Shown here piece after piece: positions 38,053 through 47,934 of a DNA stretch of 64,000 nt. The notes beneath the pieces are model-generated. The model was not told the DNA's origin and ran no database searches. It was given only the letters and a program-made list of their open reading frames with translations. The first letter of the stretch is position 1, and each line of letters begins with the position of its first letter. This DNA comes from Promethearchaeia archaeon (lineage in GTDB: Archaea > Asgardarchaeota > Lokiarchaeia > Sigyniarchaeales > SOKP01), in assembly GCA_029856145.1 (NCBI GenBank), contig JAHQWK010000001.1, positions 288,001 through 352,000 of the forward strand, given 5' to 3'. The position numbers and the translations under genes were made by a program.

Positions 38053-38193
38053 ATGTCTAATAGAAGGTATGGTAATAGAACGATGCATAAAGCCACATGT
38101 GCCGACTGTGGAAACGAGTGCGAAGTTCCATTTGAGCCTAAGGAAGGCAGACCTGTTTATTGTAGAGATTGTTATCGAAAGCATAGAAGATAA
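38053..38193 (+). CDS. 46-aa CxxC-x17-CxxC zinc-finger microprotein
   Basis: MSNRRYGNRTMHKATCADCGNECEVPFEPKEGRPVYCRDCYRKHRR*; GGTGA SD; below the ORF-track size cutoff. Confidence 0.92.
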   Translation: MSNRRYGNRTMHKATCADCGNECEVPFEPKEGRPVYCRDCYRKHRR

Positions 38194-38490
38194 TTAAGTT
38201 TATTTTTTCTAAGTTTTGGTTACGACTAATAACTTACTTTATTATAATTTAAGAAGAATCTCTATTCAAACACGATTTTAACAATAAATGCATATTTGGA
38301 TATATTAGCAGAAAAAAGGTCAGTAACCAATAAGATTACTTATTCAAAAAATTTTTTTTTTATAGTAAAAAAGCTTTCTAAATTAAATTTATTAAAGAAC
38401 CAATTTTCAAGTAAGTAATTAATTCAGATGATTCTGGAATTGTCTAATTTTAATCTAAATATAATAAAAATAATAAAAATATAAAATTAA

Positions 38491-39072
38491 TTAAAACGTT
38501 GTACCACACTTTTTACACACATTGCTCTTTCGGTACATAGGTGAATGGCCAATATAGCCAAGGACTTTGCTTTTATCTTCTTCAACTTTTAGATCCTTCC
38601 CTCTCGCACCACATTTTGGACAAACCAAGCGTTCTTCACTAGTGTATTCTGTTGGTTCGGTCTGTATTAATGCTGATAATTCTGTTTCAGTTTTTTCTAA
38701 CTTGCTTTTTTGTTCTTCAATAATTTTTTCTTTTCCAGCTAAAATTTCATTAAGATCTGTTATTTTATTTTCTTTTTTGGCAAGTTCGTCACTTAATTCT
38801 TCAGTTTTTTGTTTTAATTCATCTACTTCTGCCTTTAATCCGTTAGCTTGATTTTCTGTTATAGTAACTGTTTTTTTTAAATCATACACTTCAGAATCTA
38901 TTTTTTCTACTTTAGAACTTAATTCCTTGTTAGATTTTGTTAAATTTTCCAATTCTTCATCCTTCTTTGCGATTAATTGTTCCAACTCATTGATTTTAGC
39001 AGAATATTCCTCAACTTTATTTTGTAATCCTTTTACAATTTTATTGTCCAACCCTTCAGTTAGGTCTTTCAT
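38491..39072 (-). CDS. Coiled-coil protein with C-terminal Zn ribbon
   Basis: About 130-aa heptad region, then CPKCG...EDKSKVLGY...CKKCG. Confidence 0.85.
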   Translation of the reverse strand: MKDLTEGLDNKIVKGLQNKVEEYSAKINELEQLIAKKDEELENLTKSNKELSSKVEKIDSEVYDLKKTVTITENQANGLKAEVDELKQKTEELSDELAKKENKITDLNEILAGKEKIIEEQKSKLEKTETELSALIQTEPTEYTSEERLVCPKCGARGKDLKVEEDKSKVLGYIGHSPMYRKSNVCKKCGTTF

Positions 39073-39323
39073 CTCATCTTGAGAAACGACTTATACACCT
39101 CTTTCTTATCTCAAATAGTAAATATAATTATAGTAAAAACTCAGAATTTGAATAATTGAAATTATTAGCAATATAGAACGATTTTTTACATAAATTTTAT
39201 AATAGAATTTATATTTAAGCTTTTATTTTATGATATTTTGAGTTTAAAAAAAGGAAAATTTGATTTTAATATCAAGAACTTATAATAAATATGTTTTAAA
39301 AAGATATATCAGAAATTAAAAAT

Positions 39324-40490
39324 TTATAATTTTTTTATTAAATCTCTAAAACCTTTTAATTCAATTTCATGCGAAAAGTTATTAAAGACATATTTTTTAG
39401 CTAAATTTTGTAATCTTGACAATTTTTGATGATCCTTTTCCCAGAATCTATAAATTTCAAGTATCTTTTCTTTGATTTCTGTAGGCCTTAATTCATTAAA
39501 AAAGAACGCAAATTCTTTTCCTTTTAATAATTCAATAGAACCAATTGTTTTACTACATATTATAACTAAATTTCCCGCTAAAGCCTCCATAAGCACTCTA
39601 GGAAAAGGTTCTCTACGGGAAGAAAATAAAAATACATCATTTCTTTTATAAATTTCAGGAATTACATCATTGCTCACATATCCATGATATTTTACGTAAT
39701 TAGGAAATTTTTTTTCTAATTCTTTTAATTTTGATTCAAGAGGGCCAAGTCCGCAAAATTCAAAATATACTTTTAAATTTTTATTTTCCTCTAAAAATTG
39801 GTTAATACCGTTTATAAGAACACCAAATCCCTTAGGTATTTCTATTAATTCACCTACATAAAGAAAATTTAATACATCTTTTTGTTTCTTTGTCAGTTCA
39901 TCATCAACAAAATCGTCAAGTCTAATACCATGAGTAATATGAATAACTTTTTCTTGAGGATAAAAATTTTTTAAAAACTTTTTCGCATGAAGAGAAAGAG
40001 CATGATGGTATACTCTCTTTTTAAAAAGTGAAAGTAAAAGGAGGGAACCCCTGTATTTTAGATTATAAAGTGAAATTTTTTTTTTACTATATAAAGGTTT
40101 TCGATATCCTATTATTAATTTTGTTTTTCTATAAATTAAATTACTTAATATAAACATTAAACTGGTTTTTAAGTCTGAATAAGAAATATAGATAATATTA
40201 TTCTTCTTTATTTTTCTAAATAGTCTTAAAACTTCCCAAGGGTAAGGAAAACTAAAAGTCCAATGACCTAAATGAAGTGTTGCATACTTCATTTGACTGC
40301 GATTTTTTATACCGTGTAGCTTTTTATCTATTGCTTCTTTTGATAATAACTTTTCACCCGGAGAGATATTTGTATCCATAAAGCTTACGTTATAATATTT
40401 ATTTAACCCTGAAGCTAATTCCATTGAAGAAATCTCCCCACCTCTTCCAAATCCTACTATATTTGGAGAAAAGACTAATAACTTTAACAT
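39324..40490 (-). CDS. Glycosyltransferase family 4
   Basis: GGE N-terminal motif; PKGF; FSSRREPFPRVLMEALA (Ex7E). Confidence 0.9.
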   Translation of the reverse strand: MLKLLVFSPNIVGFGRGGEISSMELASGLNKYYNVSFMDTNISPGEKLLSKEAIDKKLHGIKNRSQMKYATLHLGHWTFSFPYPWEVLRLFRKIKKNNIIYISYSDLKTSLMFILSNLIYRKTKLIIGYRKPLYSKKKISLYNLKYRGSLLLLSLFKKRVYHHALSLHAKKFLKNFYPQEKVIHITHGIRLDDFVDDELTKKQKDVLNFLYVGELIEIPKGFGVLINGINQFLEENKNLKVYFEFCGLGPLESKLKELEKKFPNYVKYHGYVSNDVIPEIYKRNDVFLFSSRREPFPRVLMEALAGNLVIICSKTIGSIELLKGKEFAFFFNELRPTEIKEKILEIYRFWEKDHQKLSRLQNLAKKYVFNNFSHEIELKGFRDLIKKL

Positions 40491-40776
40491 ATTAACTCTT
40501 CTCTATCAATTTTTAAATTTTTTATCTTGAAACCTCTTTTATGCAAATAATTTTTTATTTGACTTTCTCCATATCCAAAATTAAGATTATATACATTATT
40601 ATGACCTAAGAATTTAAAGATATTAAGAATTTCATCGGTTATCAATGCTTTCGTGAAAGATATATTGATTAAAAATCATCTATTTAGTATAAATTTTTTT
40701 AAAAAATTAATTAAAATAAAAACAAATTAATAATTATCCAAAAAAAAAGAAAAGAAAATTATAAAAGTAGGGAATT

Positions 40777-42033
40777 ATGCAAAAAGTCGCAATAATAGGA
40801 ATAGGAATAACCCCCTTTAGGGCAAGATATCTTGATAAAACTTATTTTGAATTAGCCTTTGATGCTACAAAATTAGCATTAGAAGATGCTAATAAAAATG
40901 GGGCAGAGATCACACATAAAGATCTCCAATCAACAGTTTATGGAATTTATAATGAACTTTTTGAACGTCAATTTATGCCAGATATTTTTACTAATTCATA
41001 TCTAGGTATGAATAATAAGCCAGGAACCAGAGTTGCCACAGGTGGTGCTACAGGCGGATATACAGTTCGAATGGCATTTGCGGAGGTCGCGTCAGGGTTA
41101 TCAGATTTATGCCTTTGTATAGGTCTTGAAAAATGTAATGATTGTTATGATGAACAGACGGGAACTACCACTCCAGAGGTTCTAAATGCCATTGCTTATT
41201 CGGCGGATATGACTTATGAGTATCCAATGGGGATGATGGCTGCAAGTTCTTATGTATCAATGGTAAATGCACATTATGAAGAATTTGGAAACCCAACTGA
41301 GGAACAAATGGCTTACGTAAGCGTTAAAAACCATGGAAATGCTATTAATAATCCAAAAGCACAATCTCCAATGAAATTAACTGTTGAGGATGTTATGAAT
41401 TCAAGAATAATATGCTATCCATTCAAAATGTTAGATTGCTGTTTATATTCAGAAGCATCTGCAGCGTTAATTCTAGCAAGTGAGGAAAAAGTAAAAGAAT
41501 TAAAGATTGAAAAGCCAATTTGGATTACTGGCGTAGCAGCAGCAAATACAGATTGCTTCATAGGAAATAGAGAAGATATGGGACGCTTATACTCAAATAT
41601 TTATGCGGCAAAAGCAGCTTATAAGATGGCAGGATTAGATTATAATAAAATAAAAAGTCAAATAGATTTAGCGGAATTACACGATGCTTTTAGTGGACAG
41701 GAAGTTATTAGTTATGAAGAACTTGGATTTGTTCCATTTGGAGAAGGGGGTCCTTGGATTGAAAAATCTTTTGAAAAACAAGGAGAAGGCCCATGGATAG
41801 AAGGGGAATTGCCATGTTGTCCTTCCGGAGGGTTAATAGGTTGTGGACATGCCGTTGGTGCAACGGGAATTATGAGTACGGGAGAAGCTGCTCTTCAATT
41901 AAGAGGAGAAGCAGGAAAACATCAAGTCACAATAGAAAAGGGGCGAGCAATTTCGCATTCTATAGGAGGACCTGGAGCAGCATATGCTGCTGTTATTGTA
42001 ATGGCAAATAAGGAGGGTTTGATGAAATCATGA
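40777..42033 (+). CDS. SCP2-type thiolase-family protein lacking the N-terminal catalytic Cys
   Basis: RVATGGATGG, KNHGNA, ELHDAF, SGGLIGCGHAVGATG. Confidence 0.9.
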   Translation: MQKVAIIGIGITPFRARYLDKTYFELAFDATKLALEDANKNGAEITHKDLQSTVYGIYNELFERQFMPDIFTNSYLGMNNKPGTRVATGGATGGYTVRMAFAEVASGLSDLCLCIGLEKCNDCYDEQTGTTTPEVLNAIAYSADMTYEYPMGMMAASSYVSMVNAHYEEFGNPTEEQMAYVSVKNHGNAINNPKAQSPMKLTVEDVMNSRIICYPFKMLDCCLYSEASAALILASEEKVKELKIEKPIWITGVAAANTDCFIGNREDMGRLYSNIYAAKAAYKMAGLDYNKIKSQIDLAELHDAFSGQEVISYEELGFVPFGEGGPWIEKSFEKQGEGPWIEGELPCCPSGGLIGCGHAVGATGIMSTGEAALQLRGEAGKHQVTIEKGRAISHSIGGPGAAYAAVIVMANKEGLMKS

Positions 42034-42524
42034 GTAAAGAATTTCAAGATCATCAAATAAGAGATGTAATAAGGATTAACTACAAATACACAATGGGAGG
42101 ACATTCAAAATTTTTTATTGAATTAATGAATAACAAGAAGTTATTAGGTACAAAATGCAATAAATGTGGAAAGACTTGGATGCCTCCTAGGATAAATTGC
42201 TCTGATTGCTATGCACCAGCAGATTGGGTTGAGCTTAAACAAACTGGAACAATAGAGGTCAGCACAATAGTGTGGTATACCACTTCCGCTTTTATTAAAG
42301 CAATACCTTATGGAATTGGGTTTATAAAACTTGATGGCGCGGAAACAGCTTTACTTCAAGGTATTTTCTCTGAGAATTTAGTTCCTTCAAAAATAAAAAA
42401 GGGGAAAAAAGTAAAAGCGGTCTTTAACAAGAAGAGAGAGGGTAAAATGACTGACTTTTTCTTTGTTCCCGAGGACGAGTATGAAAATTGGATATCAAAA
42501 CCAGAATATGAAGGAGGAGAATAA
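42030..42524 (+). CDS. DUF35 Zn-ribbon/OB-fold protein
   Basis: GTKCNKCG...PPRINCSDC; ATGA overlap with the thiolase gene. Confidence 0.92.
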   Translation: MSKEFQDHQIRDVIRINYKYTMGGHSKFFIELMNNKKLLGTKCNKCGKTWMPPRINCSDCYAPADWVELKQTGTIEVSTIVWYTTSAFIKAIPYGIGFIKLDGAETALLQGIFSENLVPSKIKKGKKVKAVFNKKREGKMTDFFFVPEDEYENWISKPEYEGGE

Positions 42525-42526
42525 TA

Positions 42527-42898
42527 ATGGGACAAGCAAAAGAAAGTTTAAGAAAGATAGTAAAGAAATTAAACACGATTCCAAAAGCTCAAGCAGTATT
42601 TATCACAAACATCGCTGGAAAAGATGTTGATTGGGAGATGTCCTTTCAGTTTAACCTTGATAATGAAGATCTATTCTTTTTAGAAATCAAGAATCGTAAA
42701 GCTATTATATCTGAAGGTACTAAATCGGGTGCAATCATCGTGATGTCGGGAAATTCTGATGTAATCGTGAAGATTTGTGAAGGAAAAGGAGATTTTACTC
42801 ATGCAATCTCACGAGAGCAAATAACCGTGGAAAAAGGAAAAGTAATGGATGTCATACGTCTTACGAGAGCAATAACAATTGTTTTAAAAAATAAATAA
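42527..42898 (+). CDS. SCP2 sterol/lipid-binding domain protein
   Basis: FQFNL...FFLEIKN...GDFTHAISREQITVEKG pattern; in the thiolase operon. Confidence 0.75.
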   Translation: MGQAKESLRKIVKKLNTIPKAQAVFITNIAGKDVDWEMSFQFNLDNEDLFFLEIKNRKAIISEGTKSGAIIVMSGNSDVIVKICEGKGDFTHAISREQITVEKGKVMDVIRLTRAITIVLKNK

Positions 42899-42922
42899 TT
42901 ATTTTTCTATTATTTTTTCAGT

Positions 42923-43051
42923 ATCATAGGATACGGAGTTAATAAAGTGAAATATTTGAAATACGGAGAACAAAAACAGCTTGGTACAGCAAATTTAGAT
43001 GAAATTGAAATAATAGGAAACTCAAATGATGAAGTTTTTCCTAAATTTTGA
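42923..43051 (+). pseudogene. 3' remnant resembling the C-terminus of a DUF362-family protein
   Basis: IIGYGVNKVKYLKYGEQKQLGTANLDEIEIIGNSNDEVFPKF*. Confidence 0.55.
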
Positions 43052-43148
43052 TTTTTCCTATTCATTTTTCTTATCCTTTTTTTGTCAAACTTTTTTATTT
43101 TTATGAAACATTATAGAGATTTAATAACTGATAAAATCTTGATTAATC

Positions 43149-44207
43149 TTGAGAATTGTTGATTTACGTTCTGATACCGTAACCAAGCCATCTCCAGAAA
43201 TGTGGGAAACACTAAGATCATTAGAAAACTCTGATCTTGGAGATGATGTTGAAGGAGAAGATCCAACAGTAAATAAGTTGGAAGAAAAAGCAGCTAAATT
43301 GATTGGAAAAGAAGCAGCGTTGTTTGTGACTTCTGGAACACAAGGTAATTTAGTTTCACTCCTCTCACTAACTAATCCTGGTGATGAGATTCTTTTAGAA
43401 GAATTAAGTCATATCTACAAAAACGAAGTAGGGAGTGCGGCTCGGATTGGAGGATTAATGATTAGAACTTATCCCTCAATAAAAGGTGTTCCTTTATTTG
43501 ATCAGCTCCAAACATTAATTCGTGATAAAGAGGATATACATGAACCACCAACGACTCTTTTTTCTGTAGAAAATACTCATAATTATCATGGAGGTGTGAT
43601 TGTTCAACCAGAAGTACTTAAGGACATGAGGGATTTTTCAGAAAAGAATAGTTTAAAATTACATTTGGACGGCGCAAGGATATTCAACGCAGCAGTAGGT
43701 TTAGGAGTTCCTGTTACAGAATTTACTAAACATGTTGATAGTGTTATGTTTTGCTTATCCAAAGGTTTATCATGTCCAGTCGGTTCAATTGTTGCGGGTT
43801 CAAAAGAATTTATTAAAAGTGCCAGGAGATACCGAAAAATGCTTGGTGGAGGTATGCGCCAAGCAGCAATAATTGCTTCTTTTGGTTTAATTGCGCTTGA
43901 ACCAAAATGGATTAAAAGACTTGAGGAGGATCATAAAAATGCTAAGTTACTTGCTGAAGGGATTGAATCTTACGATTTGCCCATAAATATAGATAAACCA
44001 GAAACTAACATTGTAATTGTTAAACTTTTGCAAAAAACCCGTATAGTTAAAATATTAAATCAACTTGGAAAAGAAGGCATATTATCATTCAATATTAGTA
44101 AAGAAAAAATAAGATTTGTAACACACTACGGAATAAATGAAGATGACATTCAGTTTTCTGTTCAAAAAATAGGCAATACTCTAAGTAAATTTTTAATTTA
44201 TAAATGA
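43149..44207 (+). CDS. ltaE: Low-specificity L-threonine aldolase
   Basis: DLRSDTVTKP, SGTQGN, ENTHN, HLDGARIFNA, CLSKGL (PLP Lys). Confidence 0.94.
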   Translation: MRIVDLRSDTVTKPSPEMWETLRSLENSDLGDDVEGEDPTVNKLEEKAAKLIGKEAALFVTSGTQGNLVSLLSLTNPGDEILLEELSHIYKNEVGSAARIGGLMIRTYPSIKGVPLFDQLQTLIRDKEDIHEPPTTLFSVENTHNYHGGVIVQPEVLKDMRDFSEKNSLKLHLDGARIFNAAVGLGVPVTEFTKHVDSVMFCLSKGLSCPVGSIVAGSKEFIKSARRYRKMLGGGMRQAAIIASFGLIALEPKWIKRLEEDHKNAKLLAEGIESYDLPINIDKPETNIVIVKLLQKTRIVKILNQLGKEGILSFNISKEKIRFVTHYGINEDDIQFSVQKIGNTLSKFLIYK

Positions 44208-44273
44208 AATATAACCAGAAAATAGCTTAAATATATTCTTTTAATTAGAGGAATAAAAAAATAAAAAAAATTA

Positions 44274-44804
44274 TTAATCCTTACGTAATTCTAAATCTTT
44301 TGAGTCATCTTCAATTGCATCGTAGTATTCAAGATCCATTAATCCACCCTGTACATCTTCTGCCCAATGAACTTTTATAGGCATACCTATGTAAGTATCC
44401 CTAAATTCGATATCAGGATCTAACTGTGCAGGATATGATGTGTCTGCTCCATCTAATTGTACACAAACTATAGGTCGTTCTAAAACTTCGCCAGTTTCAG
44501 GATCTTTTAAATAAGTAACAGTATATGAAACTACTTTCCCAGTTTCACGTAAATCCACCCACCTATCAGGTTTAACGAGACATTTACCGCATATAAGTCT
44601 AGGTGGAAAAAATATTCTATTACAACTTGAACATTGGAGTCCTACCAGCTTTTTCTGCTTTAATTTTTCTAAAAAGGGTTTCATATGAGTAATATTAAAT
44701 TTGAATTTATAACTGGACAAATACCAATTTGTTGGCATAGTTCTTGTTCTGATATATTCTTTTTTAATATATTCCATAGATTTTCTTAATGTTCTTTTAG
44801 ACAT
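44274..44804 (-). CDS. DUF35 Zn-ribbon/OB-fold protein
   Basis: GLQCSSCNRIFFPPRLICGKC; IGMPIKVHW. Confidence 0.9.
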   Translation of the reverse strand: MSKRTLRKSMEYIKKEYIRTRTMPTNWYLSSYKFKFNITHMKPFLEKLKQKKLVGLQCSSCNRIFFPPRLICGKCLVKPDRWVDLRETGKVVSYTVTYLKDPETGEVLERPIVCVQLDGADTSYPAQLDPDIEFRDTYIGMPIKVHWAEDVQGGLMDLEYYDAIEDDSKDLELRKD

Positions 44805-44823
44805 ATTATATTACCTCAATATT

Positions 44824-46071
44824 TTATTTAAGTTTTCTAGCTGGTTCATCAGCCATAACCATCATGGTTATCAAATTAACATATCCTCCCCAACCATGTC
44901 CCAATGCTGTGTGTACAGTCTTAGGAACTTGATTACTAGCCTTTCCCATAATCTGTAAAGCTGCAACAGCAGGTCTTTCCATTGCTGATGCTCCTATAGC
45001 ATTTGTGGAATTAACCCCTCCTGAACAATTAATAGGTAATTCACCATTTAAGGCAGTTATTCCAGTTTTATACATTTCTGGTGATGTGTTTTCTTCGAAT
45101 AAACCCAATTTTTCCACCCACATAAGTTCTTGGTTAGGAAATGGTGAATATACCTCAGCATAATCTACTTCTTTCCTTGGAAAAGAAATACCCGCTTGTT
45201 TAAACGCCAAATCAGAAGTTATTTGCGCGCCAAGTTGCTCAGAAAGATCTAACTGCGCTGAACCACTACCATCGTAACCAATTAGTGCAGTTTCATTTGC
45301 TATGCTACCTACTCCGTTAACATATACAGGAATATCACATATATCTTTTGCCTTTTCCTCAGTTGTAAATAACATTGCACATGCTCCATCAGACGCGGGG
45401 CACACCATTCCATATCTTAGTGGATATGAAATGTAAGGTGTATCTAAAACATCTTCAATAGTAAGATCAGGCATCTTAAGGTGAGCCCACCATGTTTTTG
45501 CTGCATTATGCCTATTCTGGACGACAACTCTAGCTAAATCTTCTTCTGTAATTTTACTTTTTCGCATATAATTAACCGCTTGATAAGACGCAATTCCTAT
45601 TGCAGCACCACCAGATAAAAGGAGTGTTAATTGATCATAAGGGATTCCTAATGAATTCATCACAGAAATTTCTCCATATGCTACACTGGCAAGTCCTACA
45701 CTTGTATCACCTTGGCTTTGCTGTTCAAAAGCTATAGCTAGAACAGTATCTACCTCTGGTAAACCTGCAGCTACAGAATAATAACCTGATATAGCCACAG
45801 AACCACCAGTTGTACCTCCTGTAGTAACTCTCATTAAGGGTTTATTTCTAGCACCCATCCAATCTGTCATCCATAATTCTGGGATATTTGAGCCTTCAAA
45901 TGCAGGCATATTCCCGTTTACAAAAGCATCAATATCTTTAATTTCAAGACTAGGAACTCTTTTCAAACAATCTTCTATTGCTTCACTTACTAATTCAGGC
46001 ATATTTACATCAGAGCGCTTTGAAGCATGCTCACTAAAACCAGCACTTGCAATACATACTTGTCTTCCCAT
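44824..46071 (-). CDS. Thiolase-fold protein, Ltp3-like (putative retro-aldolase subunit)
   Basis: FEGSNIPELWMTDWMGARNKPLMRVTTGGTTGG, EVYSPF, SGGVNSTNAIGAS, ALGHGWGG; no catalytic Cys. Confidence 0.85.
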   Translation of the reverse strand: MGRQVCIASAGFSEHASKRSDVNMPELVSEAIEDCLKRVPSLEIKDIDAFVNGNMPAFEGSNIPELWMTDWMGARNKPLMRVTTGGTTGGSVAISGYYSVAAGLPEVDTVLAIAFEQQSQGDTSVGLASVAYGEISVMNSLGIPYDQLTLLLSGGAAIGIASYQAVNYMRKSKITEEDLARVVVQNRHNAAKTWWAHLKMPDLTIEDVLDTPYISYPLRYGMVCPASDGACAMLFTTEEKAKDICDIPVYVNGVGSIANETALIGYDGSGSAQLDLSEQLGAQITSDLAFKQAGISFPRKEVDYAEVYSPFPNQELMWVEKLGLFEENTSPEMYKTGITALNGELPINCSGGVNSTNAIGASAMERPAVAALQIMGKASNQVPKTVHTALGHGWGGYVNLITMMVMADEPARKLK

Positions 46072-46073
46072 TT

Positions 46074-47216
46074 TTAATTACCTCCTTCTAATACATAGAG
46101 AATATTGTTTTGTGCACACATACCTATTTGCCCCGAGGCAATAGCTTTTTTAACATCCTTAACTTGATGACCTTTTGCCTCTCCTCTAATTTGCTTTGCA
46201 GCTTCAATAATCCTAATTAAACCGGTAGCGCAAGGAGGATTCCCGCCAAGAGCACCTCCAGAAGGATTGATAGGGAGATCACCGCCGATTACAGAATTTA
46301 AGCTTGCTCCTTGACCTCTCTCTGTAAATCCTAAAGCTTCTGTAAAAATTAATTCTTCATGCGCGTACCCTTCAAAAATCTCCGCCACATCGATTTCATG
46401 TTTAGGATCTTTGACTCCAGCAGCATTAAATGCCATTTTCCCAGCTAATTCCATAGATTTACTCGCTGATAAATCTCGATCTCCAAGATAATATGTTTCT
46501 TGATTATATCCTACTCCAGTAATCCAAACTGGATTATCTGTTATTTTCAATGCCTGTTTTTCTGGAGCTAATAATAAAGCTGCTACACCATCACAAGGTT
46601 GAGCTACCATTAATTCTGTAACTGGATCAGCATAAATCTCAGAATTTAAGACATCTTGAACTGATAAATTTGGATTTTGAGCTTCTGCTAAAGTTAATGC
46701 ATTTTTTGCGGCATTTTTTCTATTTTTAACAGTAACATGAGCAATATCTTCAGCACTCACTTTAAATTTTTCCATATATGCTCTCATCTGGAAACCTGCC
46801 GAAGTAACATCATTCACATACGCAACTGGTCGCTCCCAGGTAGGATCTGTCTCGTACAACCGAGCAGAATGGTACGGAAAACATGATGCCATACTTCCTC
46901 CCCATACCACAGCTAATTTATGATTACCAGATAAAATTCGCATTAATCCATATAAAACAGCATGAGCTCCATCCATTTCTACTTTTGATTCGTCTGCTAA
47001 GTATCCCCCTCCGACTTCTACAGTTAAAGCATTTGAAATCGTACGTCCATCATAATAATCATTTGTAGCTGAAATGACTGTAGTTATATCTTTCTTTTTT
47101 AACCCTGCATGATCTAAAGCACTACGCACGGCTTCATAAATCATTTCATAACGACCATAATCTGCATCTGAATAAAGCTTTACTTGATTATATCCTACAA
47201 TACCTAATCTCTGCAT
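46074..47216 (-). CDS. Thiolase-fold protein, Ltp4-like
   Basis: DYYDGRTIS, ESKVEMDGAHA, NPSGGALGGNP; probable start MQRLGIVG at 47216. Confidence 0.85.
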   Translation of the reverse strand: MQRLGIVGYNQVKLYSDADYGRYEMIYEAVRSALDHAGLKKKDITTVISATNDYYDGRTISNALTVEVGGGYLADESKVEMDGAHAVLYGLMRILSGNHKLAVVWGGSMASCFPYHSARLYETDPTWERPVAYVNDVTSAGFQMRAYMEKFKVSAEDIAHVTVKNRKNAAKNALTLAEAQNPNLSVQDVLNSEIYADPVTELMVAQPCDGVAALLLAPEKQALKITDNPVWITGVGYNQETYYLGDRDLSASKSMELAGKMAFNAAGVKDPKHEIDVAEIFEGYAHEELIFTEALGFTERGQGASLNSVIGGDLPINPSGGALGGNPPCATGLIRIIEAAKQIRGEAKGHQVKDVKKAIASGQIGMCAQNNILYVLEGGN

Positions 47217-47230
47217 ACTTTGAGCCCACC

Positions 47231-47695
47231 TCACACTCTTATGAATCCCTTTATATCTGAAGGGTCTCCCTTTGTTTTCTCTTCCCATTGGACTTTAACT
47301 TTCATACCTATCTTCACTTTTTCAGGTTCAATATCTAATAAACGGTAAACTATTGCTGTATTGCTTCCATCAATTTGTACCATACCAATAATTTGTGGTT
47401 TTTTCACTTTTCGGCTAGCTCTATCATTTATTTTATAATAAGTTATTGTATAATTTTTCAGAACTCCTGCATCTGGTAAATCTACCCAGTTTTGGTCTAA
47501 AGGAATCGTTTTATTACATTTTCCACATATTTTCCTTGGTGGAACAAAGACATCTCCGCATTTAGGGCATTTATTTCCAATAATTTTCTTATTTTCAAGA
47601 GCATCATAGAATTTATCCATATATTGACCAACCCAAAATGCAAATTCTGCTCTTACAAGCCCCTTATTAGCAACAACTATTTTCTCTTCACTCAT
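47231..47695 (-). CDS. DUF35 Zn-ribbon/OB-fold protein
   Basis: GNKCPKCGDVFVPPRKICGKC; VKIGMKVKVQW. Confidence 0.92.
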   Translation of the reverse strand: MSEEKIVVANKGLVRAEFAFWVGQYMDKFYDALENKKIIGNKCPKCGDVFVPPRKICGKCNKTIPLDQNWVDLPDAGVLKNYTITYYKINDRASRKVKKPQIIGMVQIDGSNTAIVYRLLDIEPEKVKIGMKVKVQWEEKTKGDPSDIKGFIRV

Positions 47696-47934
47696 ATTTA
47701 TTTTCTTTTATATTAATTTTAATATGATTATTAATATGATTTAACCATATAAATAATTTTGAAAACATGGAATCCTCTTTATTTCTGACATATTAGCTAA
47801 TTTATCTTATCCATTCAATTGTTAGAGAAATAAATTGCCAAAATTGGTTTATTAAATAGATAAGTCAATTTTTTTCTAAGAATATTTAAAAAATTCAATA
47901 TTACCATTCAAAGAATTAATTTAAATTTTAAGAG

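Noticed and set aside
47217-47288. N-terminal extension of the Ltp4-like ORF overlapping the DUF35 gene
   Set aside because: The thiolase fold starts at MQRLGIVG (47216), which has its own SD-like sequence; the overlap is an ORF-calling artefact.
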